In this document: positions 12,626 through 25,615 of the stretch, piece by piece
Numbering within the stretch: the stretch's first letter is position 1
How the letters are laid out: each line of letters opens with the position of its first letter
Translations under genes and position numbers: made by a program
Source of the DNA: Octopus vulgaris
Taxonomy: Eukaryota
Direction of reading: 5' to 3'
NCBI GenBank assembly: GCA_951406725.2
Contig: OX597826.1
Span: 46,004,001 to 46,068,000, forward strand
DNA: 64,000 nt
Notes under the pieces: generated by a model
What the model was told of the DNA's origin: nothing
Database searches by the model: none
Seen by the model: only the letters and a program-made list of their open reading frames with translations

Positions 12626-13690
12626 AAGGATATAGATGCAGATGTTGCTGTTTGATTGAGAAGTTTCCTTCTCAATCACATGATTTCAACTTCACACCCA
12701 TTGCGTGTCACCTTAAGCAAGTGTCTTCTACTACAGTCCTTGAGTGGTTTTGGCAGAAGGAACTGAAAGAAGCTCATCGTTTATACATGTATTTACAATG
12801 TCTTTTAATGGCTGATCTCCATGCTGGCATGGGTTGGACGGTTTGCAAGGAGTTGGCTAACTGGATGCTGAAGCTATGATGATGCTTGTGCTTGAATCAC
12901 TTCGATCTCTAGTTAACCTCAGGCATCATATTCCTCTATATGTACCAAGTTCTAGATGGGATTTGAACTAGGAACCTATCTTCCTGGACTGAAAGTAATA
13001 ATGTTCTTATCATTGAGTCCACTAATGCATGTTCTCTGTATCAGCAGCCTAGTGAATAAGAATTATTATTACCCTCCCCTCTAAATTGTTGGCCCAGTGC
13101 TAAAATCTATTATTTGTCACTTTCTTGTGGAGTAGCACCCACTACACTCACGGAGTGGTTGGCGTTAGGAAGGGCATCAAGCTGTAGAAACACTGCCAGA
13201 TCAGACTGGAGCCAGGTGCAGCCTCCTGGCTTCCCAGACCCCTTAATGTTTCATCGCTTGCTGAAACAATTGCTAAAAACTTAGTTTTGTATGAAAAGGG
13301 TGTTGGCTGTGTGATAAGAATTTGCTTCCTAACAACATGGTTCCGAGTTCATTTCCACTGCGTGGCACTTTGGTCAAGTGCCTTCTACTAGAGCCCCAGG
13401 CTAATTAAAGCTTTGTCAGTGGTTGTGGTTGATGGAAGCGTAAAGCAACCTTTATGTTTGTCGGCCCTCACTGCTTGAATACTGGAGTCCTGTTGTTTAC
13501 ATCTCTGGAACTTAGCAGTTCAGTGTAAAGATAGTGATAGAATAAGTCTAGGCTAGGCTTTAAAAGAAGTACTGGGATCGATTCGCTTGACTAAACCCTT
13601 CAAGTCAGTACCATAGCACTATCACAGTAAAAGACTGTTTTAAAATTTTCTGTTTTTTTTTTCTATATATAATTTGTTTTTCCATTATAG

Positions 13691-13793
13691 AATCCTGCTG
13701 AGAAACTATCAATGCTTTGTAACAAAAGCAGTGAATCAGAATTATTGATTCTGCTGACAAATTTAGAATTCAGTGATTTCCTCGTTGATGCTG
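13691..13793 (+). CDS. MED16: MED16 coding exon
   Basis: cattatag|AATCCT...GATGCTG|gtaagt; 103 nt, phase 0/1. NPAEKLSMLCNKSSESELLILLTNLEFSDFLVDA; phases match both neighbouring exons. Confidence 0.88.
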
Positions 13794-15127
13794 GTAAGTA
13801 CCCTACAAGTTTGTCATAAACAATAATTTAATATCAGCACTAACCAATAATACTGTAGGAGTATCTCCTGTTTTCCAACATCATCATTTTTATTGTTTAG
13901 TGTTTCCTTTCTATGCTGGCATGGTTTGGATGGCTTGACAGGAACTGGCCAAGCAGAAGACTGCATCAGACGTCTGTGTCAGTTTTGGCATGGTTTTTAT
14001 AGCTGGATGCCCTTCCCAACACCAACCACCCTGAAGAGTGGACTGAGTGCCTTTTATGTAGCATGAGCCGGTGGCACATAAAAAGCACCATCTGAACGTG
14101 GCACGTAAAAAGCACCCACTACACTCTCAAAGTGGTTGGCGTTAGGAAGGGCATCCAGTTGTAGAAACACTGCCAGATCAGACTGGAGCCTGGTGCAGCC
14201 TTCTGGCTTCCCAGATCCCCGGTCGAACCGTCCAACCCATGTGAGCATGGAGAACGGACGTTAAACGATGATGATGATGATTTCTGTTGAAATGCAATGC
14301 CTTTGCTTCTTAATAAGTTAATGAAATAACTATTGTTATTCAGTTGGTATATGGAACATAACATATAATTTTAATGGATCTCTTTATGTCATAGCATCAG
14401 AGTTGGTATTAGGCAGGCTGGTATTGAAAGTGAACTGTGCAGTAGACCGGTGCCTGACCCATGGCAGAACCGTTGTTTGTTCCTTCTCGAGCTCATTAGG
14501 GCTGGTTTCCCAGTTTACTTGTCGTATAGGTTCCCCACCTGGATGGGACACAGGCCCGTCGCAGGTGAGCTGCAAGATGCAGGAGGAAACAGTGAGAGAA
14601 AGTTGTGGTGAAAGAGTCAGCAGAAGTTCGCCATTACCTTCTGCTGGAGCCGCGTGCAGCTTAGGTGTTTCGCTCATAAACACACACATCGCCTGGTCTG
14701 AGATTCGAACCCGCAATCCTTCGACCGCGAGTCCGCTACTCTAACCACTTGGCCATGTGCCTCCATAGAACCTTATTTTAGCAACCTCGAAACGATGAAA
14801 GGCAAAGTCGACCTCAGCGGAATTAGAACTCAAAATTTAAAGGTGAACGAAATGCCACTAAGCATTTTGTTCGGCATGCTAACAATTCTGCCAAGCTCAC
14901 TGCCTTAATAATAATAATAATAATAATAATAATTTCTAGTATAAGTACAAGGCCTGAAATTTTGGCGGAGGGGGCTAGTCGAATACATTGACCGCAGTGC
15001 TCGACTGGATCTTAATTTATTTACCCCCAAAAGGATGAAGGGCTGAGTCGACCGTGGCAGAATTTGAACTCAGAACGTAAAGACGGATGAAAAGCCACCA
15101 AGCATTTTGCCTGGTGTGCTCACTGCC

Positions 15128-15159
<32 letters not shown>

Positions 15160-15198
15160 CATAGTAATAATATTTAACATATTTCTCTTTTGTTTCAG

Positions 15199-15899
15199 CC
15201 TCTTTACAGTCTTTCCAGCCTTTAATCCAGTGGATTGCTGATTTTACTCTTCATCTCCTGGGTTCCATACCTTTGCAACAGTCATATTCGGACATACCTG
15301 GTTCTCTACTCATTCGAGACAGTTCTGTTCTAAGTGTGCTGCGAGAACTCTTTGTCATCATACGCCTGTGGGGCCACATCAATCCGAATTGCCTTCCGTT
15401 TTTCACTATGAACTCTTCAATTGAGTGCATGTCCCATCTATTCAAACTGTTAACGAAAGCCTGGCTGTGCGTAAAGGAAGGCGGTAGTGTTGAATATGAG
15501 GAGGGTCTTGTCAGTGATTGCTGTCACCTCACCAGTGAAGTGATGATCAGAAATACACGTCAGACGTTCAGTCAAGACACGTTAGGCTACGCGATATTCC
15601 ACCAGTCGACACCGCAGTCGTTTCAGATTGGCGTCGAACCAAACTACGTGTATAGCTGTAAACAAAAACAGCAGTTTATGACTATACCAGACATTACGAC
15701 GGAGAGCAAACAGATGTATGACATAGTTCGTCAGATCAACCTTGGTGAAAAACCAGCAGAGCCGGTCCGCGAATGTAGTCGATGCGGTGCAGTATCGTTA
15801 ATACAAAGCATTTCATCGGCAACGTCGATGAAAGCCTGGGAGAAACGGTGGGCTTCAGCTTGTCTTTGTGGGGGACAGTGGAAATGGACTATCACTTAA
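15199..15899 (+). CDS. MED16: MED16 terminal coding exon
   Basis: gtttcag|CC TCT TTA CAG...; phase-1 entry, in frame with ORF 15273..15899. LQSFQPLIQWIADF, LRELFVIIRLWG and the C-terminal CSRCG...KAWEKRWASACLCGGQW are MED16 hallmarks. Stop TAA at 15897-15899. Confidence 0.96.
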
Positions 15900-16395
15900 C
15901 TAGACCCTCTTTCATATACAACACTATTACCTGGGAACAATCTAGATGTCATCATTACCATCTTTGCCATTTGTCATTTTGTATAAATTTCATTCCCTTC
16001 AATATGTCATATCCCCTAAAATACTCTCGAGACATCATCACATCAGTTTGCAGCTATTCCCTCTTCAAATCCTTTTGTAATCTCATTTAAGATTTGGGTG
16101 GGGTATATGGTTACGCCCATACATTTAGCAGCCTGATCCCATCATAAATTTTCATTTACAACAATTAATGACCAGTGAAGATACTGATGTTGGGAGGGAG
16201 TCCGAAGCTTGAAAAAAAAAAAGTGAAATAGAGGTTCTTAGGAAACTTTATAATTTATTTATTTTTAACAACCAAAAAATATTGTCATTGAATAAGAAAA
16301 ATAGTAAGGAAAAAATTTTAAGGGCCTTTAAATATTTTCTGATATCAAATAAAAAATCTCATCAAAACAAACAAAAAAGTTAAATAATTAACAAA

Positions 16396-16401
16396 AATAA
16401 A
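16396..16401 (+). promoter_or_regulatory. Candidate MED16 polyadenylation signal
   Basis: AATAAA about 500 nt after the stop, followed by a T-rich tract. Another AATAAA lies at 16348; which one is used cannot be determined from sequence. Confidence 0.35.
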
Positions 16402-16827
16402 CATTTCTCATGTATTTTCTTAATTATTTTATTCTATGATGTATTTTCTTAATTATTTTATTCTATGATATTTGGGCCTTGTGAGTCTCAAGAGCATAAA
16501 TAATGGTTTCAAATTTTGGCATGGGGCCATGATTTAAGATAATATTGTCCTTAACAGGATCTGAATGATTGTAAAGAGCCGAAAGAAATGCCAGTAAGCA
16601 TTTTGTTTGCCATATTATTGATTTTACTGGCTCACTGCCTTTGTAATGATAATGATTTAAGATTTTGGCACAAGGCCAGCAAGTTCAGAAAAGTGGGTCT
16701 GTCAGTTATATCGACCCCCCAGTGTTCAACTGGTACTTATTTCCATCGACCCTAAAAGAATGAAAAGCAAAGTCAATCTCGGTGGAATTTGAACTTAGAA
16801 CAATAAAAACATAGACAAAATGCCATT

Positions 16828-17123
16828 ATACAAAATAAGAAAATGGAGGAATAGATTTCTTTCAATCATCAACTGCTCGATAATACCAATTCATATAATT
16901 TATTAACTAATAATTTAGGAACATCCAGATCAAACAGAATAAAACAGTACACATCAGTAAGATGATACCATAAGAACAATACATATAAATATAAAATGGA
17001 TCTTACAGCTGTTTCAGCCTGTAGATAAGAGTATCTCATTATGCTCATATTAGTCAGATGTATTGAGGTAATATGCAGTTGATGATTGAAAGAAATCTAT
17101 TCCTCCATTTTCTTATTTTGTAT
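16828..17123. repeat. Inverted repeat (~49-bp arms), Penelope-like remnant
   Basis: ATACAAAATAAGAAAATGGAGGAATAGATTTCTTTCAATCATCAACTGC and its reverse complement at about 17075-17123. The spacer carries the hammerhead 3' half GAAACAGCTGTAAGA on minus. Confidence 0.65.
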
Positions 17124-19291
17124 TATGAATTTGAGGTAAAACATTTTACCTTCGCCCATATTTATGTATTAGCCTTTCTGTGTACTTCACTGGCAGTATA
17201 TTGGATAAATGATATCCCATAGTGGGTTACACTCATAACCCCTATCTCACTTTGTGACAAAATGCCATTAAACATTTTTCTCGGCATGCTAATGATTCTC
17301 CTAGCTTGCTGATTTATTTATAATAATGGTGATGATGATGTCGGTTACTTCTAGGCCAAAAGACAATGTATTTTATAGTACTTATTCTCTGTCTCTTATG
17401 CCGAACCGCTAAGTTACGAAGACGTAAACATATAGGCTTAGGAGTGGCTGTGTAGCAACTAGCTTGCTTACGAACCACATGGTTCCGGATTCAGTCCCAC
17501 TGCATGGCACCTTGGGCAAGTGTCTTCTACTATAGCCTCGGGCCGACCAAAGCCTTGTGAGTGGATTTGGTTGGCGGAAACTGAAAAAAGCCCGTCATAT
17601 ATGTGTGTGTGTGTGTGTGTATGCTTGTGTGTGTCTGTCTCCCCAACATCGCTTGACAACCGATGCTGGTGTGTTTATGCCCCCATAGCTTAGCAGTTCG
17701 GCAAAAGAGACCAATAGAATAAGTACTAGGCTTACAAAGAATAAGTCCTGGGGTTGATTTACTCAACTAAAGGCGGTACTCCAGCATGGCCACAGTCAAT
17801 TGACTGAAACAAGTAAAAGAGTAATACCAACACTGGTTATCAAGACGTGATCGGGGGGGGGGGGTGAAACAAAGACACACACGGATATATAATATGTAGG
17901 TATGAATATATTTATATACGACGGGCTTTCACTTTCCGTCTACCAAATCTACTCACAAGGATTTGGTTGGCCTGAGGCTAAAGTAGAGGTGTCATGCGGT
18001 GGGACAGAACCTGGAACCATGTGGTTGGTAAGCAAGCTTTTTACCACACTTGCACCTAGTGAAAAAAAAAGTTTTCTTTTCACTTCAAAAATGGTAGGTG
18101 GTAAAATATTAGAGAAATCTTGAAGTATTTTGTTACGTCTCTTGACGTTCTGATTTCACGTCTAATTGGAGAGTCAATTTTTTAAGGCTTGATAAAATAA
18201 CAAAATATCAGAGTCAAGACTATTGAAAGGGTTACAAGACGCAACAAAAATTTTAGGAAAATAAAAATAAGAAATAAGTGGAAATTTTACGGTGAGTGTG
18301 TTACATTATAAGGCACAAAAAGAAAATGACTCTCCCCAGACATAACAGAATAGGCTTCAATACACGATCTCGTATAAAGAATTTTGCAAACAAAATAATA
18401 AAAATTAAGGGCGATAACTCACGTAAAAAGTTTTAAAGATTGCGTCCCTTGGCAACTTGGTGCGGGCATAAAACGCAGGTCTGGTTCTTCAGTTTCATGA
18501 GACGAGTCACATGTTCTATGAATTGAACCACCGTGTAACAGGCTGAGTATTCCGCAAACATGTTATATATATGTGTCGAACAAGGCACAACTAATGGCAA
18601 TTACACATTTTTTCTCTATATATCCTTAACATTGCCAGAATCAGTGTGACAAAGCCCAGGAACTTGTGGTCACAATGTGATCTTAACCATTCGCCCATAT
18701 ATAGACTCAGGTGTGACAAGAAGCTTGCTTCCCAACCACATGGTTCTGGGTTCAGTCCCACTCTATGGCACCTTAGGCAAGTGTCTTCTACTATAGCCTC
18801 GGGCCGACCAAGGCCTTGTAAGTGGATTTGGTAGATGGAAACTGAAAGAAGCCATCGTATGTATATGTTTGTGTCTGTGTTTGTCCCCGTATCTTAGCAG
18901 TTCGGCAAAAGACTGATAGAATAAGTACTTGGCTTTCAAGGAATAGGTTCTGGGATTGATTTCTTCAAATAAAGGCAGTGGTCCAGCATAGCAGCAGTCA
19001 GATGACTGAAACAAGTAAAAGAATATATATATATATATATATAAACATGTACTGTTCTGTGATAGAAAAATTCATATATATATATATATGTTAAATATAA
19101 TGAGACAACAAAGCCAAGGGAGTGTGAAATTTCTAGAACATTTATAAAGAGAGATGTAGTCTTACAGCTTCATCAGAGATGATATGAGATATAACGGGAA
19201 AATTTACAAAAATAAACAAAAGACGAAGGCAGGTGGAGTACAAACAAACAAATGTATTTGTATGGCGCTCAGTAATAGAAATAGAAAAAGA

Positions 19292-19327
19292 CTTTTACGT
19301 TTCGAGCCTACGCTCTTCGACAGAAAG
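19292..19327 (-). ncRNA. Minimal hammerhead motif, CUGUCGA core variant
   Basis: Minus strand: cttt-CTGTCGA-a-gagc/gtag/gctc-GAAA-cg-TA-aaag. Confidence 0.6.
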
Positions 19328-19639
19328 ATACACAGAAAAAAAAACAAGGAGAGAAAAAAATGCGTGTAGGAGCTAACGATCTATCACGGTGTCCATGATA
19401 TGAGATAGTTAAATAGAAGGAAATAGTAGAGTTCAATATAAGAAGCTATTTTGGAATGGAAGAGGTATCTGAAGTATAAAGGGAAATATGAGAATAAAAA
19501 TAAAAATACAAGTTGTTTGTAACATCCAACATATATTTTTATTCTTATATTTCCCTTTATACTTCCTATATCCATCCTTTTCCAATTTAACGCCTTATAT
19601 TGACCCCTACTATTTCTTTCTATTTAACTCTCACATATC

Positions 19640-19687
19640 GTCTCTGATGATGGGATATTCTTCATATTCCTGAAACAGCTGTAAGAC
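19640..19687 (+). ncRNA. Minimal type-I hammerhead ribozyme motif (Penelope-like)
   Basis: gtct-CTGATGA-t-gggatat/tcttc/atattcc-t-GAAA-cagctg-TA-agac: stem I, core, stem II, palindromic stem III, GUA triplet. Confidence 0.75.
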
Positions 19688-20378
19688 TACCTTTCTCTTT
19701 ATAAATGTCCTAGAAATTTCACACTGCCTTGGCTTTGTTGTCTCATTTTATTTAACATATACATGCTCACACATGACCCGCGTTAGGCTCTTCACTCATG
19801 CTATTATCGAACCAGGAGTCTAAAAGTGGTCCTCCTGTAGCACTTACATAGCCTTACCTGCATTTTGGGTATTTTGGATTTCCAAAACCTCTGATGCAAA
19901 GATTTTTTTTTCTTTGCAAGAAAGACAAGACAATTGTTTTTGTTTTATTCAATTATTTATTAAAAATCCATTTTAAATACAAAAAAAAAAGGAAAGAGAG
20001 TTGCAAAATAAAGAATCAAAAATAAAATTTTCAACTAAAGTCCAAAGTAAAACACTTTAAGGTTGCCAAAAGCAGTCAGTGGAGCTGAGTCTGAATGTTC
20101 AAGATCATATTGTAAAAGAAACAACTGAAATGAGATTCATATTCTCTAAAACGTTTTGAGATTCCTGAGGTAAAATCAGAATGTGCAAAAAAAAAAAAAA
20201 AAAAAAAAAAAGGGGGAAAAACCAAAATAAATCTATTAAACACGCGTTTCAAAAATAGTGTATGTGGAGAAAATATATATATATATTAGCCATTGTCCTT
20301 CAACATGAAATACTTCAGAAGGTAACTGTCAGAACATTGCAAATGCTATAGCTTTCTATTTAATTCTGCTTTAGAATG

Positions 20379-20605
20379 CATGAGGGGGGGGCTGAAAAGT
20401 TCCTGGCTTTAAGGGTATCGCAAAAGACCTGATTGGAAGCCCAACCTTTCTGAGCTCTTTTTTTTACAGGGGTTAGAAAAACTGAAGGACCACTGCAATA
20501 ACCTTGGGAATCTGAGAGGGGAATATGTTCAATAAAATCATAATCAACTGATCCTCTTGTATTTTCTTTTACCCAAAGCCAGGAATTTCTCAGCACCCCT
20601 TCATA
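20379..20605. mobile_element. Mariner-derived MITE
   Basis: Imperfect ~30-bp TIRs: ATGAGGGGGGGGCTGAAAAGTTCCTGGCTTT and AAAGCCAGGAATTTCTCAGCACCCCTTCAT. Confidence 0.7.
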
Positions 20606-20899
20606 TATATAGCTCTCTTATCTATCTATCTTGATGATGATGATATATATATATATATAGTTGTATTATGGGATGGTTGGTCATGTTGCCAGTTTAGCCA
20701 ATATATATATATACACACACATACACATATCTATACTTACATATACGAGTACCAGCTCCTGCATTCGATCCACAGAAGGGGAAAGGTTGATGAAAGCCCC
20801 AAACACACTATTAGTTTTAATTTGGTTTTCATTGTGCCTATCTTTGCCTATGGTCGTGGGCGTTGGGTAATGACTGACAGAGTACGATTGCAAATATAA

Positions 20900-21200
20900 G
20901 TGGCTCAAATGGTCACGCCAAAACTTCTTCCCATTCAATGGTTACAGCTCTTGTACCATGGACAAGTGATCAGGATGTTGGTGGAAAGAATCACAAGACA
21001 GATTCTGCAAGCCGAGCTAACCAGCAGGAAACCTCAGAGTAGAGCAAGAATGAGATGGCTACATAATACACTAAGTCTTAGCTGGACACACTTGGGAATC
21101 AAGCTGAAAAGGCTAATCAATGCTCCTCACAGGACCCTATGGAAGACAAGCTGCCTGAGGACTCTACACATATGACCCTCCCAGCAACAATGGGCAGAGA
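20900..21200 (+). mobile_element. Decayed RTE-clade LINE 3' fragment
   Basis: LQLLYHGQVIRMLVERITRQIL...RKPQSRARMRW resembles the RTE ORF2 C-terminus (LRWxGHVxRM...GRPRxRW). Confidence 0.55.
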
Positions 21201-21299
21201 AGATATTTATATATACACACTCACATTCTTTTATTTATGTGTGTATGCATGGATATGTGTTTTTATGTATGTATGTGTATATATGTATATATATACATG

Positions 21300-21342
<43 letters not shown>

Positions 21343-21542
21343 ATGTGTATATATATATATATATATATACACACATGTATGTATATATATACACATGTAT
21401 GTATGTACATGTGTGAATATAAATATATGTGCATGTGTGTATATAAATATATGTGTGTGTGTGTGTATAAATATGTAATATATATATGTGTATTTGTGTG
21501 AATATAAATATATGTGCATGTGTGTATATAAATATTTGTATG

Positions 21543-21574
<32 letters not shown>

Positions 21575-21579
21575 CATAC

Positions 21580-21618
<39 letters not shown>

Positions 21619-21621
<3 letters not shown>

Positions 21622-22778
21622 CAGGTTTAGTAAAAAGCAAGCAACGTTTTGAAACGAACTTGTACCAGATTTTCAGTTTTGAATTTTTTTTCTAAGTGTC
21701 TGATAATACAGACATAGACATGCTCAAAGGCATCAATAAATTAACATTGATATTTTTTTCACCCTTGTTACAATCATCTGAAATTAAACTGTCAAAGTGC
21801 GATATTCGAGCAATTTTGGTATTCAACTTCAAAATAGGATGTAAAGCAGCTGAAATTGCTCGCGATATCAATGAAACGTATGGTGAACCAGTGAGTAGTC
21901 AGCCCAAAAATGGTTTAAACAATTTAACAGTGGAGACCTGAGCCTTGAAGATTGTAAGCATAATGGACGCCCATCTATCATCGATGACGGTCAATAAAAG
22001 CACAGAAGAACTGGCAAAAGAACTTCAAGTTAGCCAGAAAATCGGAAAAATTCAACAATGAGTACCACATGATTTGAATGAAAATCACAAAATGCACAGA
22101 TATGAAGTTTGCTCGTCGCTTCTTCTTTATAACCAGACTGATCCATTTGTCAACCATATTGTAACATGTGATGAAAAGTGGATTCTGTACAATAGTAAAA
22201 ATCGTTCTGCGCAGTGGTTGGACTAAAATGAAGTACCAAAAATCTTCCCTAAACCCAAGCTCTTCGAAAAGAAGGTTATAGTGACCGTTTGGTGGTGTAC
22301 TGCTGGATTCATCCACTATAAAACTTGGAAAAACCGTTACTGCAGAAACATACTGCCAAAATGAATGAAAAACTGCTACTCCTCTGGTCAACAGAAGAGG
22401 GCCAATCATTCTTCATGACAATGCTCGACCACCCATTTCACTAATGATGCTCAAGTTGAGGGAACTTGGCTATGAAGTTCTTCCCCACCCAGCTTATTCA
22501 CCAGACCTTTCTCCTACTGACTACCACTTTTTCAAGCACCTTGATGGTTTCCTTTAAGAGAAGGAGTTCAAAAATCAAATCGATGCTGAAAATGCATTTC
22601 ATCATCTCCAGAACTTCAGATTTTTCTGTCACCAAAATAAACAAACTTGTAACTTGTTGGCAAGAATGTGTTGATTGTAATGGTACTTGCTTTGATGGGT
22701 AAAATTTCCGCATTGTTGAAATATATTGTGGTGAATTTCGTGTTTCAAAACGTTGCTAACATTTTACTCAGCCTGATA
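21619..22778 (+). mobile_element. Near-full-length defective mariner transposon
   Basis: 37-nt inverted termini starting TATCAGG (5 mismatches, TA included). The frameshifted transposase shows KAAEIARDINETYG, VPHDLNEN, IVTCDEKWILY, HDNARP and HPAYSPDLSPTDYHFF (DD34D mariner motifs). Confidence 0.93.
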
Positions 22779-24593
22779 AATATATCACTCAATGCTTTGT
22801 TTCCAAGCTATTTTGATCACTGTCAACACCACTCCACCTTTATCTTATCAGAAAATATTTAAAAAAAACTACTTCTAAAATAAGGCCTCAAGAACTCTCA
22901 AAGGATCCTGATTCCTTTTTATCAGCAGAAAAAAAATTTATATCCTATCAGGAGACTTCTTTTTTTTTTTTGTTTTTGGTGGATTTTGACAAAAACAAAC
23001 AACAAAACCAAGCTATTCTTCAATAATGTTTTGGAAACACATAATATAAGTTTTTAAACCTAACCCTAATTTCTGAAATACCAACGATAACCACTAACTT
23101 ATGGTTCAAAAGAGATCAATATTTGATATGTGATACAGATTGGAATATGGAGGTAAGTGGCGGTAGGGGACGGGGCTAAAAAAAAAATACACTGTTCCAT
23201 GATTTTTCTTTTCTTTGCATAAATGAACAAAAGGACACATGTGGTGTTGTTCTCACCTATCTTTGAATACTCATGTGGAACATGTTTGTACCACTTTGGT
23301 TCAGTGGTACGTTTAGAAATAACATGGTAGTTATTTCTATTATTAAACAAAGCAACGTTGGAAGACAAAAACTAACGGTACCTTTACATATAGAAGACAT
23401 AAAATGGCTTAGGGAAGTCTTTTACTCCTTGGCTGTTTGTTCTACTGGAATTTGGATTACATGGACAAAATTTTTGATAGAAAAAGAGAATAAATAAAAT
23501 GAAGACAATAAGTTCACTTATGTGAGGTAAAAATTAGTTAAGTTAGTCAATATATACGTAAAAACAAGTCGAGAACATTTCAGATGAATAAGTTTTAAAA
23601 AGAGGGGGAAAAAAAAAATCAATGGATGTGAAATTACTGATCATCGTTACTTAATTTGAATATTAAATTATATGTAATTAATCAAGCAAAGAGCAACTCC
23701 TTTACCTTAATGTCACATATTATTAATTGCGTAAGCAAACGATCAATGTGTTGACGTGCTCTTTCATGATAAGTATAGAAACTGCACAAAATTCTTTTGC
23801 ATTTTGCTTAATATCTGTAGGCATATAATATGCTGTTGCTTCATGTCTTTATACACACAGAAAGAAAGAATACTAAACAATAGCTTACATTGTTGTAGGT
23901 GATATTGTATCTAATATCCCACAATATGGCATTGCATATCTCTGTCAAGTGTTACCAGGGATACAATTAAACTAAATTTCATCATCATCAATGCAGAAAA
24001 GTAAGATCTTGGTGGTAATATTTTGAATTTCTGTGACAAAACTATAATTAGGAACTAAAAAAAAAAAACCATAAAAAATGAGTGCATAACATAATTTGGA
24101 AATATTGAAACCATAATTAGCTAACAGCAGTCTTTTGTGCAGTTCTGTGAGTTCAGTGCTTTTACTCAGAGTTTTGAATGTGATCAAACAAAACTTATAT
24201 GTAATCAATCACAATTGTCAAATAAGTTTTGTAACATGTTAACAAATGAATTACATGTACTAGGGGTGAAAAAATGTGTAATTAATCTAATTGGACGTGT
24301 CTCTTAAGACTCACGTAATATAATTAAAAAGCTGTTTTCATTTAAAAATAGATAGGTGTGTATGCGTGCGTTTAATTTAGTTGGTAATAGTAAAATTGTG
24401 ACAAGGCCAGTGGCAATGTTGTTTTTTCTATGACAGAACTAGGAAATTAATAAAAAAAAAACAATAATTAAAAACCAATCCATTTAAACCAAGGGACACT
24501 TCATTGAAGTAAACGATGACTGCAGATTGAGAATCGGCTAGTTGGAAAATATCTACCATAACAATGAAAGTGCTTTCAATGTAGACATCATTG

Positions 24594-24635
24594 TTACTCA
24601 ATAATTTCAGACCATTTATGTTCCACTCTGCCAAA
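24594..24635 (-). CDS. BCAT: BCAT terminal coding exon
   Basis: catattgcag|TTT GGC AGA GTG GAA CAT AAA TGG TCT GAA ATT ATT GAG TAA = FGRVEHKWSEIIE*, matching the (Q)YGREESDW C-terminus of BCATs. Confidence 0.88.
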   Translation of the reverse strand, partial: FGRVEHKWSEIIE

Positions 24636-24759
24636 CTGCAATATGAAAATAATTATAACTTTATTATTGGCCGCAAGGGTATACAGAAACGAGAAACACA
24701 TACATACAAAGTTTTACAACAAAAACAATGGGTAACATATAACAACGAATAATTCCCCA

Positions 24760-25461
24760 AAAGGTGAGGGATTGGGGAGACCTCTGAGGGCTATTCGTAG
24801 AACCCTACAACAAACACAGTCACCCTGACCACAAAGACAAGTGCCTCTGTCTCATCCTTTTCCACTCAATTTACAGGTGCAGGCCCATTCACATGAACCA
24901 TCCTTGCCACATTCACCCACATTGCAACAAAGGTGAGGGACAGGAGAAACTTCTGAGGGCTACTCATGGAACCCTACAAAAAAACACAGTCACCCTGACC
25001 ACAAAGACAAGTGCCCCTGTCTCATCCTTTCCCACTCAATTTACAGGTGCAGGCCCATTCACATGAACCATCCTTGCCACATTCACCCACACTGCAACAA
25101 AGGTGAGGGGCAGGAGAAACTTCTGAGGGCTACTCATGGAACCCTACAAAAAAAACACAGTCAACCTGACCACAAAGTCAAATGCCCTCATTTCATCCTC
25201 CCCACTCAATCTACAGGTGCATGCTCAGAGCAGGCCTGTTCACATGGACCATCCCTGCCACATTCACCCACACTGCAACAAAGGTGAGGGACAGGAGAAA
25301 CTTCTGAGGGCTACTCATGGAACCCTACAAAAAAACACAGTCACCCTGACCACAAAGTCAAATGCCCTCATTTCCTCCTCCCCACTCAATCTATAGGTGC
25401 ATGCTCAGAGCAGGCCTGTTCACATGGACCATCCCTGCCACATTCACCCACATTGTAACAA
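24760..25461. repeat. Four-copy tandem repeat, units of about 169-181 bp
   Basis: Units start AAAGGTGAGGG at 24760, 24929, 25099 and 25280. Confidence 0.93.
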
Positions 25462-25521
25462 ATTTGTTGGAAGGAAGGCAACAATTCCATCTCCATGCTC
25501 ATTTTCCTTTGAAAAAATGTT

Positions 25522-25615
25522 GATGATGGCCATATCATGTTGAAAGCACCGGTTCTTGTCAGATTACCGAAGTTAAGCAACATCGAGCCTAGTTAGTACT
25601 TAGATGGGTGACCGC
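25522..25615 (+). pseudogene. 3'-truncated 5S rRNA pseudogene
   Basis: GGCCATATCATGTTGAAAGCACCGGTTCTTGTCAGATTACCGAAGTTAAGCAACATCGAGCCTAGTTAGTACTTAGATGGGTGACCGC follows the metazoan 5S consensus (box A and box C present). The last ~25 nt are missing and several CpG-type transitions are present. Confidence 0.88.

Larger units (their letters stand above)
19085..19762. mobile_element. Large fold-back Penelope-like element with nested insertion
   Basis: 19088-19190 plus 19395-19510 is the imperfect reverse complement of 19530-19760. A 203-bp insert at 19192-19394 is flanked by the TSD ATGATATGAGATA. Confidence 0.7.

Noticed and set aside
24428-24634. 68-aa minus ORF as the BCAT C-terminus
   Set aside because: Wrong frame; the phase-0 splice gives FGRVEHKWSEIIE* ending at 24594.
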